Assembly (NCBI GenBank): GCA_030390025.1
Contig: JASTWF010000329.1
Span: 372,001 to 436,000 of the forward strand
Source of the DNA: Squalus acanthias
Lineage: Eukaryota
Direction of reading: 5' to 3'
DNA: 64,000 nucleotides
This document shows positions 1 to 11,140 of this stretch, piece after piece. A model generated the notes under the pieces. It saw nothing but the letters and a program-made list of their open reading frames with translations. It did not search any database and was not told the DNA's origin. Position 1 is the stretch's first letter. Each line of letters opens with the position of its first letter. A program made the position numbers and the translations under genes.

Positions 1-1915
1 GCCGGGCGTGGAGGTGGTCCTCTCGGCTTACGCCGATGACGTGCTCCTCGCGGTCACGGATCCCGTCGACTTGCGGAGGATGCGAGAATGCCAGCAGATT
101 TACTCGGACGCATCCTCCGCCAAGATCAACTGGGAGAAATGTTCTGGACTCCTGGTGGGCCCATGGCAGGTGGACTCCCTGCCGGAGGAGTTCGGGCCTT
201 TCGCCTGGAGCACCACGCACCTCCTCTACCTGGGAGTCTACCTCAGCCCGGCCGAGGACGCCTGGCCGGCGAACTGGCAAGAGCTGGAGGCCAAAGTCAC
301 CGCTCGCCTAGGGCGCTGGACAGGACTGCTCCGAGTGCTGTCCTACAGGGGTCGAGCGCTGGTCATAAACCAGCTGGTGGCCGCCATGTTGTGGTACCGG
401 TTGGTCACTTTGATCCCTCCCCCTGCGTTTGTCGCCAAGATGCAGAAGAAGCTCGTCGACTTCTTCTGGGACAAAAGGAAGCACTGGGTCTCTGCCGCGG
501 TTTTGAGTCTCCCGCTTAGGGAGGGCGGTCAGGCGCTGGTGTGCCTTCGCACCCAGGCGGCGACTTTCCGTCTTCAGACGCTGCAGAGATACCTGTACGT
601 GGAGAATCCTCCTAGGTGGCGTGCGCTGGCGACGTATTTCTTCCGCCAGCTGCACGGCCTCAATTACGACACGCAGCTCCTGTTTGTGAGAGTGGGTGGC
701 ACGCGTGCCAGCCTGCGGGAGCTGCCTGTCTTCTACCAGGAACTGCTATGGGTTTGGAACAGCGTCGCCTCCGAGCGCAGTTCTCCCCCGTCAGGAGCGG
801 CGGCCGTCCTTCGGGAGCCGCTGTTCAGGAATCCGCACCTCCACGACCGCGGGTTCGGCTGGCTGGCGGAGGGCAGGGCTGTGCCCGGTAAGGTGACCAG
901 AGTCGGGGACCTGCTCGATGGCGGAGGAGCGGGCTGGATGGCGCCGGAGGAGTTGGCGAGGCGCATGTCCTGGGTCAACGTCCGGCTCGCGGTCAAAGCC
1001 ATCGAGTCGCTAAAAGTGGCACTGGGCCCCGTCTCCACTAGGTGTGTCGAGGAGGCTCAAGCACGTGGGGCGATCCCGTCCGAACTGACCCCCGTTCGGA
1101 CGGAATTCCTTATCGGCGCCCGGCCCCGAATCCTCCCTCGGGAGCCGCCGCCTCACCACTTGAGCCTTCTCGGAGAAATGCCCTCCGTGCCCTTTCAATC
1201 CGCACGGAGGCGTTTCCTGTACGGGCTGCTCCTGCACACTCTCCACTTTGCCATCTTCGTCTGCCGTCCGGACACGCCTTGGCGTACCATCCTGCCGTCC
1301 GGCGGAGGCGAAGGTCCCCATTGGAAGGCTCTCTACGCGGGAGTCTTCCCTTGTTCTATTGGGGACTTGGCCTGGAGGGTGTTGCACGGAGCAGTCCCGT
1401 GCAATAGGATTTTAAGTAGGTTTACGGACTCCCAGGCTGCTTGCCATTTCTGCGGCCTGGAGGAGTCCGTCTATCACATTTATATTGAGTGTGAGAGGTT
1501 GCAGCCCCTCTTTCATTATTTGAAGGGGCTGCTCCTCAATTTCTGGTTGCACTTCAGCCCCACGCTCCTGATCTACGGTCACCCGGTGCGGAGGGGAGCG
1601 GGTAGGTCGGAGGACCTCCTCGTAGGACTGCTCCTGGGCCTGGCCAAGAAAGCCATTAATTGGTCCAGGCAGCGGGCGGTCGAGGGGGTCGTTCGGCCCG
1701 ATTGCCTGCCTCTCTTCCGCGGCCATGTTCGCGCCCGGGTGGCCCTGGAGATGGAGCACGCGGTGTCCGCCGGCACGCTTGAGTTTTTCCGCGACCGGTG
1801 GGCGCCGCGGGGGCTGGAGTGCATCGTCACCCCGGACTTCCAAATTTTGATTTGATTTATTAAGTTTCATTTCAAGTTTTAATTGATTTACAGTAAATTT
1901 GGTTTTTTTTTTTGT
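1..1915 (+). mobile_element. Tx1-type (L1 clade) non-LTR retrotransposon, 3' part of ORF2 plus short T-rich 3' region; 5' end outside window
   Basis: Open frame to 1855 with RT motif YADD, 'KINWEK', 'YLGV', 'LSYRGRALVIN' and a C-terminal CCHC knuckle CHFCGLEESVYHIYIEC. Confidence 0.88.
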
Positions 1916-1930
1916 CCAACCAAAAAGAGG

Positions 1931-2078
1931 AACACCAGGTTATAGTCCAACAGTTTTCTTTGAAATCACAAGCTTTCGGAGCGCTGTTCCTTCGTCAGAC
2001 GAAGGAGCAGCGCTCCGAAAGCTTGTGATTTCAAATAAAACTGTTGGACTATAACCTGGTGTTGTGCAACTTCTTACC
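1931..2078. mobile_element. Fold-back mini-element derived from a Penelope terminal repeat
   Basis: Near-perfect palindrome (arms 1931-1996 and 1998-2063) that matches the termini of the Penelope at 55231-57399. Confidence 0.85.
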
Positions 2079-2379
2079 TTTATATAGCACCTTTAAAACG
2101 TCACAGTAGCGCAGTCAGACAATAATCAACACACATACTTTGTTTGTGGTCCAGTGCACTGACACAAAGTTCCTTCACAACTGTAACAATTTTATTGCGG
2201 TTGCTGTGAAGGCTGCGCTCACTCTGCTCGTACACCTGGTCTCCAAAGGAGGCAAAACAGGACTAATGCTGCCGAGCTCAGCTCGTTTTGATCAGAAAAT
2301 ATCAACTATTTCACCTCACCAGGAAATGCACAAAAGAGGCAGCAGTGTTCATTGGCTGCCCAGGAAAGTCCTATTTAGA

Positions 2380-2630
2380 TTAAACTCCTTCACCCAGAAT
2401 GTGCTGAGAATGTGGAACTTGCTGCCACAGGGAGTAGTTGAGGCGAAGAGCATGGATGTATTTAAGGGGAAGCTGGATAAGCACATGGGAGAAAGGAATA
2501 GAAGGAGATGCTGATAGGGTGAGATGAAGAGAGATGGGAGGAGGCTCGTGTGGAGCATAAACATCGGCATGGACCAGTTGGGCCGATTGGCCTGTTTCTG
2601 TGCTGTACAATCTATGTAATTCTATGTAAT
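2380..2630 (+). mobile_element. CR1 LINE 3' fragment
   Basis: Encodes FTQNVLRMWNLLPQGVVEA, followed by a CR1-type 3' UTR (gggccgattggcctgtttctgtgctgt). Confidence 0.85.
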
Positions 2631-2725
2631 AAGAGAGGAAAGAATGTTCCATCGAAACTAGAATTATCTGTTCTGCATTTTAATCCTCAACTTACAGTGA
2701 TGTCTTTTGTAAACTGCTTTTACAG

Positions 2726-4265
2726 GGAATATCATCGGCCTTTGAATGTGGAAGGAGAAATGTTTGCCTGTTCTGTCTGTGGGGAAAGATTTCAAACATC
2801 AGTGTGACTGGAAAAGCACCAAGACACACACACCCGAGTGAGAGTGTTCCAGTGCACTGACTGTGGAAAGAGCTTTAGCCAGTTACACAGCCTGAAAAAT
2901 CATCGCACCATTCACAGCGGGGAGAAACCGTACACGTGTTCTGTGTGTGAACGAGGCTTCAACTGATCGTCCAACCTGGAGAGACACAAGGACACCCGCA
3001 CCATGGAGAAACCGTGGAAATGTGGGGACTGTGGGAAGGGATTCAGCTCCCTGTACCGGCTGGAAACTCATCGGCGCAGTCACACCGGGGAGAGGCCGTT
3101 CACCTGCTCTGAGTGTGGGAAGGGATTCAGTCAGTCATCCCAGCTGGTGAGACACCAGCGAGTTCACACTGGGGAGAGGCCGTTCACCTGCACTCTGTGT
3201 GGGAAAGGATTTGCTCAATTAACCAACCTCACTGAACACCAACTTGTTCACACTGAAAAGAGACCCTTCAAATGTTCTGACTGTGGGAAGAGCTTTAAAA
3301 GCACAAGAGATCTGCTGACACACCAACACACTCACACTGGGGAGAGGCCGTTCACCTGCTCCGTGTGTGGGAAGGGATTCACTAATTCATCCCACCTGCT
3401 GAGACACCAGCGAGTTCACACTGGGGAGAGGCCGTTCACTTGCTCCATGTGTGGGAAGGGATTCAGTGATTCATCCACTCTGCTGAGACACCAGCGAGTT
3501 CACACTGAGGAGAGGCCGTTCACCTGCTACGTGTGTGGGAAGGGATTCAATCAGTCATCCAACCTGCTGAAGCAACAGCGACTTCACACTGGGGAGAGGC
3601 CGTTCACCTGCTCCGTGTGTGGGAAGGGATTTGCTCGATTAAGCAGTCTCACTAAACACCAACTTGTTCACACTGAAAAGAGACCCATCAAATGTTCTAA
3701 GTGTGAGAAGATCTTTAAAAGCACAAGAGATCTGCTGACACACCAACACACTCACAGCGGAGAGAGGCCGTTCACCTGCTCAGTGTGTGGGAAGGGATTC
3801 ACTGATTCATCCACCCTGCTGAGACACCAGTGAGTTCACACTGGGGAGAGGCCGTTCACCTGCTCGGTGTGTGGGAAGGGATTCACTCAGTCATCCCAAC
3901 TGCTGAGACACTAGCGAGTTCACACTGGGGAGAGGCCATTCACCTGCTCCATGTGTGGGAAGGGATTCATTGATTCATCCACTCTGCTGAGACACCAGCG
4001 AGTTCACACTGGGGAGAGGCCATTCACCTGCTCCATGTCTGGGAAGGGATTCATTGATTCATCCACTCTGCTGAGACACCAGCGAGTTCACACTGGGGAG
4101 AGGCCGTACACCTGCTCCATGTCTGGGAAGGGATTCATTGATTCATCCACTCTGCTGAGAAACCAGCGAGTTCACACTGGGGAGAGGCCATTCACCTGCT
4201 CGGTGTGTGGGAAGGGATTCACTCGGTCTTCCAACCTGCTGAAACACCAGCGAGTTCACAAGTGA
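2726..4265 (+). pseudogene. C2H2 zinc-finger exon A; longest ATG ORF 3003-3833 (about 9 fingers), array continues past in-frame stops
   Basis: Acceptor ttttacag at 2718-2725; tandem CxxC-x12-HxxxH repeats with TGERPF linkers; in-frame stops at 2805, 2964, 3831 and 3912. Could be a truncated but functional gene. Confidence 0.85.
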
Positions 4266-4642
4266 CTGCAGGGGTTGGATTCTGCTGTTTTTGCTGCTGT
4301 TAATCACATCCAGGACTGAACCATGTTCATTCTGACAGGTGAGGTTTGTTCCTGCTGATGAGAATACCTCCTGTAACTGGGCTGGAGTTTAATATTCTGG
4401 ATAAATGTCAAATACACAGTGTGTCGAGTATTTCTTTCCTCCAAGGTAAGAGGAGACTAATTGATGTCCTGTTACAGACTGCTCCATTTTTGGGCCTTTT
4501 CTCCTTTCTAACTCTGGATTATCTCAGTTCTAACACCTTCAGTTATTCTCAAGTCCCAGCTCCCCACACCTTCCAGAGAGCCTGTAATAGAAAATGACTG
4601 AAGATTTATCCCAGTATAACCATTGCTGTTATCCAAGGAAAA

Positions 4643-4822
4643 AGGCTTGTATTTCTATCGCACCTTTCACAACCTCAGGACGTCCCAAAGTGCTTTACAG
4701 ACAAGGAAGTACTTTTGAAGTGTAGTCACTGTTCTAATGTAGGAAATTAGCACAGCAAGCTCCCACAAACAGCAGTGGGATATTGACCAGATAATCTATT
4801 TTTCAATGACGTTGATTGAGGA
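4643..4822 (-). mobile_element. Deu-type SINE 3' fragment
   Basis: Reverse complement matches the 6960-7133 tail of the SINE at 6481-7133. Confidence 0.7.
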
Positions 4823-5024
4823 TGGAAGGGGATGTGTGAAGAGATGGTCTGTGTATGGAGATGTGAAAGAAGGAAACGGTGTGTGTGTGTGATAGTGACA
4901 CAGCCTTGTGGTCACAGTCAGAACAATGCACAGATATCCTTGTGGTTATGGTTTGGACAGGGCCAGGTCAATAATGTAGTAAACAAGTTAAATATAAATA
5001 TCGCCAGTGTAGTCGCAGCGAAGA

Positions 5025-6480
5025 AACATAGAGAAACATAGAAAAATAGGAGCAGGAGTAGGCCATTCGGCCCTTCGAGCCTGCTCCGCCATTCAATATG
5101 ATCATGGCTGATCCTCTATCTCAATACCATATTACCGGTCTCTCCCCATACACCTTGATGCCTTTTGTGTCTAGAAATCTATCTATCTCCTTCTTAAATA
5201 TATTCGTGACTTGGCCTCCATAGCCTTCTGTGGTAGAGAATTCCGCAGGTTCACCACCCTCTGAGTGAAGAAATTTCACCTCATCTCAGTCCTAAATGTC
5301 CTATCCCATCTCCTGAGACCCCTCGTTCTAGACCCCCCAGCCAGGGAAACATCCTCCCTGCATCCAGTCTGTCTAGCCCTGTCAGAATTTTATACGTTTC
5401 AATGAGATCCCCTCTCATTCTTCTAAACTCTAGTGAATACAGGCCTAATCTCTCCTCATACGACAGTCCTGCCATCCCAGGAATCAGTCTGGTGAACTTT
5501 CGCTGCACTCCCGCTGTGGGAAATATATCCTTTCTTAGATAAGGAGACCAAAACTGCACACAGTACTCCAGGTGTGGTCTCACCAAGGCCCTGTATAACT
5601 GTAGTAAGACATCCTTGTTCTTGTACTCAAATCCTCTTGCAATGAAGGCCAACATGCCATTTGCCTTCCTAACTGCTTGCTGCACCTGCATGTTTGCTTT
5701 CAGTGACTGGTGTACAAGGACACCCATGTCCCTCTGTACATCAACATTTCCCAATCTATCACCATTTAAATAATACTCTGCCTTTCTGTTTTTCCTACCG
5801 AAGTGGATAACTTCACATTTAGCCACATTATACTGCATCTGCCATGTATTTGCCCACTCACTCAACTTGTCTAAATCGCCTTGAAGCCTCTTTGCATCCT
5901 CCTCACAACTCCACCTCGTTTCGTTTCGTCAGCAAACTTGGAAATATTACATTTGGTTCCCTCATCCAAATCATTGATATATATTGTGAATAGCTGGGGC
6001 CCAAGCACTAGTCATCGCCTGCCACCCCGAAAAAGACCCATTTATTCCTACTCTCTTTCCTGTCTGTTAACCAATTTTCAATCCATGCCAGTATATTACC
6101 CCCAATCCCAGGTGCTTTAATTTTGCACACTAACCTCTTATGTGGGACTTTATCAAAGGCCTTCTAAAAATCCAAATACACTACATCCACTGGTTCTCCC
6201 TTATCTATTCTACCAGTTACATCCTCAAAAAACTCCAGTAGGTTTGTCAAACACGATTTCCCTTTCATAAATCCATGTTGACTTTGTCTAATCCCGTTGA
6301 TATTTTCTAATAATAATCCTTTATAATAGACTCTAGCATTTTCCCTACTACTGATGTTAGGCTAACCAGTCTGTAGTTCCCTGTTTTCTCTCTCCCTCCT
6401 TTTTTAAACAGTGGGGTTACATTTGCCACTCTCCAATCTGCAGGAACTGTTCCATAATCTGTAGAATTTTGGAAGATGAC
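5025..6480 (-). mobile_element. CR1 LINE, 5'-truncated and degenerate
   Basis: RT fragments [17 protein letters not shown] and RPHLEYCVQFWSP; 3' tail with (ttctatgt)-like repeats. Confidence 0.9.
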
Positions 6481-7133
6481 AGTTGGTAGCACTCTCGCCT
6501 CTGAGGCATAGGTTGTCAGTTCAAGTCCCACTCCAGAGACTTGAGCACAAAAATCCAGGCTGACACTCCAGTGCAGTGCTGAGGCACTGTCAGAGGTGGC
6601 GTCTTTCAGATGAGACATGAAACTGAGGCCCTGTCTGCTCTCTCAGGTGGATGTAAAAGATCCCATGGCACTATTTCGAGAAAGAAAGACTTGCATTTAT
6701 ACCGTGCTTTCATGACCACCAGACGTCCCAAAGTGCTTTACAGCCATTGAAGTACTTTTGAGGTGTAGTCACTGTTGTAATGTGGGAAAGAGCAGGGGAT
6801 TATCCCCGGTGTCCAAGCCAATGTTTATCCCTCAATCAACATAACAAAAGGATAATAGCAAAATACTGGGGATGCTGCAAATCTGAAATAACAACAGAAA
6901 ATGCTGGAAACACTCAGCAGGCCAGGCAGCATCCGTAGAGAGAGAAACAGAGTTAACAAAATGATTATCTGGTCATTATCAGATTGCTGTTTGTGGGAGC
7001 TTGCTGTGCGCTAATTAACTGCTGCGTTTCCTACATTACAACAATGACTACACTTCAAAAGTACTTAATTGGCTGTAAAGCGCTTTGGGACGTCCGGTGG
7101 TGGTGAAAGGCGCTATAGAAATGCAAATCTTTC
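6481..7133 (+). mobile_element. tRNA-headed Deu-domain SINE (SacSINE1-like) with two small nested inserts
   Basis: A/B-box-like head (agttggtagc...gttcaagtccc), Deu-like core gatgtaaaagatcccatggcactatttcg, tail gtaaagcgctttgggacgtcc; nested pieces at about 6680-6786 and 6850-6957. Family name is from recognition only. Confidence 0.7.
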
Positions 7134-7179
7134 TGTCTTCACTGGTCTCACCAGCGACCTCTTCTGGCTGATGGTTGAG

Positions 7180-7760
7180 AGTCCGCACATGCGCACGCGG
7201 GTCGGCGGTTTGGGCTGAGTCCGGCACAGCGACCCCTCCCGGTCACCAAGGGCAACAACCGCGCATGCCCAGAGGACACCAAACCCCCTCCCCCACTCGG
7301 AGCTGCGCCTGCGCGGTCGGATCCTGTCGGACGGAGTCGGCGCGGGGCATTCCGGGGAAAGGTCTTGGTGTCAGTTACAGAGTCGCGACCGGTGACGCAA
7401 AGTGAGTTTTCTCCGCTCGGGTGGTGAATCGCGCGGGGTGGGGGGGAGGGGTGGATCGGGAGAGAATAAAGAGAAATAGAAAAACCTCAGAGTCCGCGAG
7501 GCCCCGGACCGAGCGGAGTCAGTTGGACGGAGCACGTGATCTCCTCGGGGACACGTGACTCGGGCCCTGCCTGATTGACGGGAGCTTCCGACCAATAGGG
7601 AGCGAGTGGGGCGGGGCTGGAGGAGCGAACCGGCGGCGGGTCCTCCAACCAATCGGGGAGCCCGAGGGGCGGGACTAGCGCCGGCTGATTGTCTGATCCG
7701 CGGGGCAGCGAGTTTCTCCAGTCCCTTGTTCAGGGCCCGGGGCCAGGGGAGGCTGTGGGC
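7180..7760. promoter_or_regulatory. CpG-island promoter-like region
   Basis: CpG-rich, with NRF1-like GCGCATGC/GCGCCTGCGC, two CACGTG E-boxes (about 7533 and 7552), TGATTGACG, two CCAAT boxes and two GC boxes (7572-7673). Confidence 0.7.
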
Positions 7761-7892
7761 CTTTATTCCCCTTATTGGACACAAGGCTCTTTGTCTCACA
7801 ACACACTGGCTCAGATTTTAATAGACACTTTTTAAATTCATGAATAAAAGCAGATAACCCCGTGCTTCTCAGGCGCAATCTTTCTAATATCT

Positions 7893-10135
7893 TATAGAAT
7901 CATAGAATGGTTACAGCACAGAAGGAGGCCATTCAGCCCGTCGAGCCCGTGCCGGCTCTCTGCAAGAGCACTTCAGCTAGTCCCACTCCCCCGCCCTTTC
8001 CCCGTAGCCCTGCAAATTTCTTTCCTTCAGGTACTTATCCAATTCCCTTTTGAAAGCTGTGATTGAATCTGCCTCCACCACCCTTTCAGGCAGTGCATTC
8101 CAGATCCTAACCACTTGCTGCGTAAAAAAGTTTCCCCTCACGCCACTAATCTAGTCTCATACTCTCTCTTTGCCCCTCTTATTCCCTTTTAAATCTCCTC
8201 TGTACATTCTATATTCAGCTTGGTTCTCTACTGTATTCTGTCATAAGCTTCATTTTCTGTCTCATTTTAACCTCTCTATATCTTTTGTCATCGAGAGAGC
8301 TCTTGCTTTGGATGCACCTCCTTTCCCCCTTGTGGGAATGTGTTTACTCTGTACTCGAACTATGTCCTGGTTGAAGGCCTCCCATTGTGCAATTACTGTT
8401 TTGCCTACCAATTTTTGATTCCAATCCACCTGGGCCAGATCCCTTTTTAACTCCTTTAAGTTAGCCCTCCTTCGGTTAAGTATTTTTATGCTTGATTGTT
8501 CCTTGTTCTTTTCTGTAACTATTCTAAACCTGATGACATTATGATCAGTGTTCCTCAAATGCTCCCGCACTGAAACATGCTCCACTTGCCCCATTTCATT
8601 CCCCAGAACTAGATCCAGCACTGCTTCTTTCCTCGTTGGGCTGGAAACAGTGTTTAAGAAAGTTCTCTTGTACCCATTTCAGTAATTTCTCCACCTCTAT
8701 GTCCTTTACACTGTTACTATCCCAGTCTATATTAGGATAATTGAAGACTTCCATTATCACTACACCGTAGTTCCTGTATCTTACTGTAATTTGTCTGCAA
8801 ACTTGCTTCTCTCTCTCCTTCCCATTGTTTGGCGACCTACAGTATACACCCAGTAGCGTAATAGCTCCTCTATTGTTCCTTAAATCGAACCAAATAGATT
8901 CTGTTTTTGACCTCTCACATAGAATCATAGAATGGTTGCAGCACAGAAGGAGGCCATTTGGCCCATCGAGCCCATGCTGGCTCTGTGCAAGTGTACTTCA
9001 GTTAATCCCACTCCCCCGCCCTTTCCCCATAGCCCTGGAAAAATTTTTCCTTCAGGTACTTATCTAATTCCCTTTTGAAAGCCACGATTGAATCTGCCTC
9101 CACCACCCTTTCAGGCAGTGCATTCCAGATCATAACTACTCGCTGCGTAAAAAAGTTTTTCCTCATGTCGCCTTTGGTTCTTCTGCCAATTACCTTAAAT
9201 CTGTGTCCTCTGGTTCTCGACCTGTCCGCCAATGGGAACAGTTTCTCTTTATCTACTCCTACCAGACCCTCGTGATTTTGAACACCTCTAAAAATCTCCT
9301 CTCAACCTTCTCTGTTCTAAGGAGAACAACCCCAGCTTCTCCAGTCTATCCACGTAACTGAAGTCCCTCATCCCTGGAACCATTATTATAAATCTTTTCT
9401 GCACCATCTCCAAGGCCTTCACATCCTTCCTAAAGTACAGTGTCCAGAATTGGGCTCAATACTCCAGTTGAGGCAGAACCAGTGTTTTATAAAGGTTCAT
9501 CATAACTTCCTTGCTTTTGTACTCTATGCCACTATTTATGAAACCCAGGATCCTGTATGCTTTTTTAACTGCTTTCTCAACCTGCCCTGCCACCTTAATG
9601 ATTTGTGCACATATACCCCCAGGTCTCTCTGTTCATGCACCCCCTTTAGAATTGTACCCTTTAGTTTATATTGCCTCTCCTCATTCTTTCCACCAAAATG
9701 TATCAATTCGCATCTTTCTGCATTAAATTTCATCTGCCATGTGTCCGCCCATTCCACCAGCCTGTCTATGTCCTCTTGAAGTCTATCACTATCCTCCTCA
9801 CTGTTACCTATACTTCCAAGTTTTGTGTCATCTGCAAGTTTTGAAATTGTGCCCAAGTGCAAGTCATTAATATATATCCGGAAAAGCAGTGGTCCTAGTC
9901 CCTCTCCAGTGCTATAATAGTTTATTTGATCAATACTGCACCCCTCCTTTTTTCCTTTCCTATCTTTCCTGAATGCCTTGTAGCCAGGAATATCGAGTTC
10001 CCAATCCTCCCCTTGTTTGAGCCAGCTCTCTGTTATTGCCACTATATCATAGTCCCATGTGGGTACTTGTGCCTGCAGTTCACCAATGTTATGTACCATG
10101 CTCCGTGCATTTACACACATGCACTCCAACTCCAT
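7893..10135 (-). mobile_element. Nested degenerate CR1 fragments (3' ends at about 7893 and 8918; endonuclease-coding pieces)
   Basis: APE motifs NARS, AITESWL, LDLVLGNE, TDHN; RT motif KLADDTKL; two CR1 3' tails. Confidence 0.85.
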
Positions 10136-10229
10136 CGTAGAATGCCTCAAACCTGGCCCCTGTCTGATCCCTCCTATGTCTGAATATTAAAAATTCTTTA
10201 TATAGTGATTTTGTTTATTCCTCCTCCGG

Positions 10230-10720
10230 TCCCAACTTCAATGGGATGACAAAAGATCTGTCCACCAATTGGGGGTGTAAATGGTGGTGAATTAACCCAG
10301 AATCCTCCGCGAGGTGTAAAGTGCCCCATCAGTGACGACAGGAGCCCAGTGCGCCGGCGCAGTAACTGGGTGTGCTCTGAGCATGCGCAGTGCGTGTGGT
10401 GCTGTTGGATTAGGCGGGACAGCGGCCGGGAGGCGGGAGGAGATTGTGGTCGCAGATTATGGCCGCAGGGGATGGATTGGACCAGCGCGTGAGTTTAAAA
10501 GCTTTATAAACACTTGGTGTAGGCCTGAGGCCCCGAATAAGAGCCCACAGGCCCCGGTTTCCCCGGTTACAGGCCCGGTCAGTGACCGCCCGGGTGATCC
10601 GGGTCACTGGCCGCCATCTTGGACAAGACGGGTCTCACGGCGCATGCGCGGTACATTGGCCAGGAACAAAGAGTGGGCGGGGCTTCAGGGTCTCTGTCAG
10701 TTTGATTGGACCACATGTTT
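10230..10720 (+). promoter_or_regulatory. CpG-island promoter-like region upstream of ZNF exon B
   Basis: NRF1-like GCATGCGCA (10381) and GCGCATGCGC (10640), YY1 consensus GCCGCCATCTTG (10610), ATTGG boxes, GC box at about 10675. Confidence 0.65.
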
Positions 10721-11140
10721 CTCCCATATTAGTGGCCCCTGAAAGGGAGCCTTGTTGGGCTGATTCTTGTTTGGTGACCCTGGGGCAACCCAGTCTCACC
10801 CTATTGGTCCATCCAAAAAGGCCCAGTGACCAGGAGAGACAATCATTGACTCATTGATTTTATTCTCACTCTGCACACAGCGGGTGTGAACTGAACCCAA
10901 CCAGAGTAGAGGGAGGGGGAAAACTGGGAGTGGAGGAAAGAAATGTTGGAGATGGTGCGATGGGTTTGGATTTCAGCACAGGGAGGAGGGAGAGTGTGTG
11001 GGACGGGGATTTACAGCTTTGGGGGAACAAGAGAGGAAAGAATGTTCCATAGAAACTAGAATTGTCTGTTCTGAATTTCTAACCTGTACTTAGTGATGAT
11101 TTTGTAAATTCTTCTTACAGGGTATTAGAAGGGGAAAATA

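Noticed and set aside
2805..2807. Selenocysteine recoding of conserved TGA codons
   Set aside because: The TGAs are not at Cys positions of the fingers, several alternate with CGA, and no SECIS was recognised.
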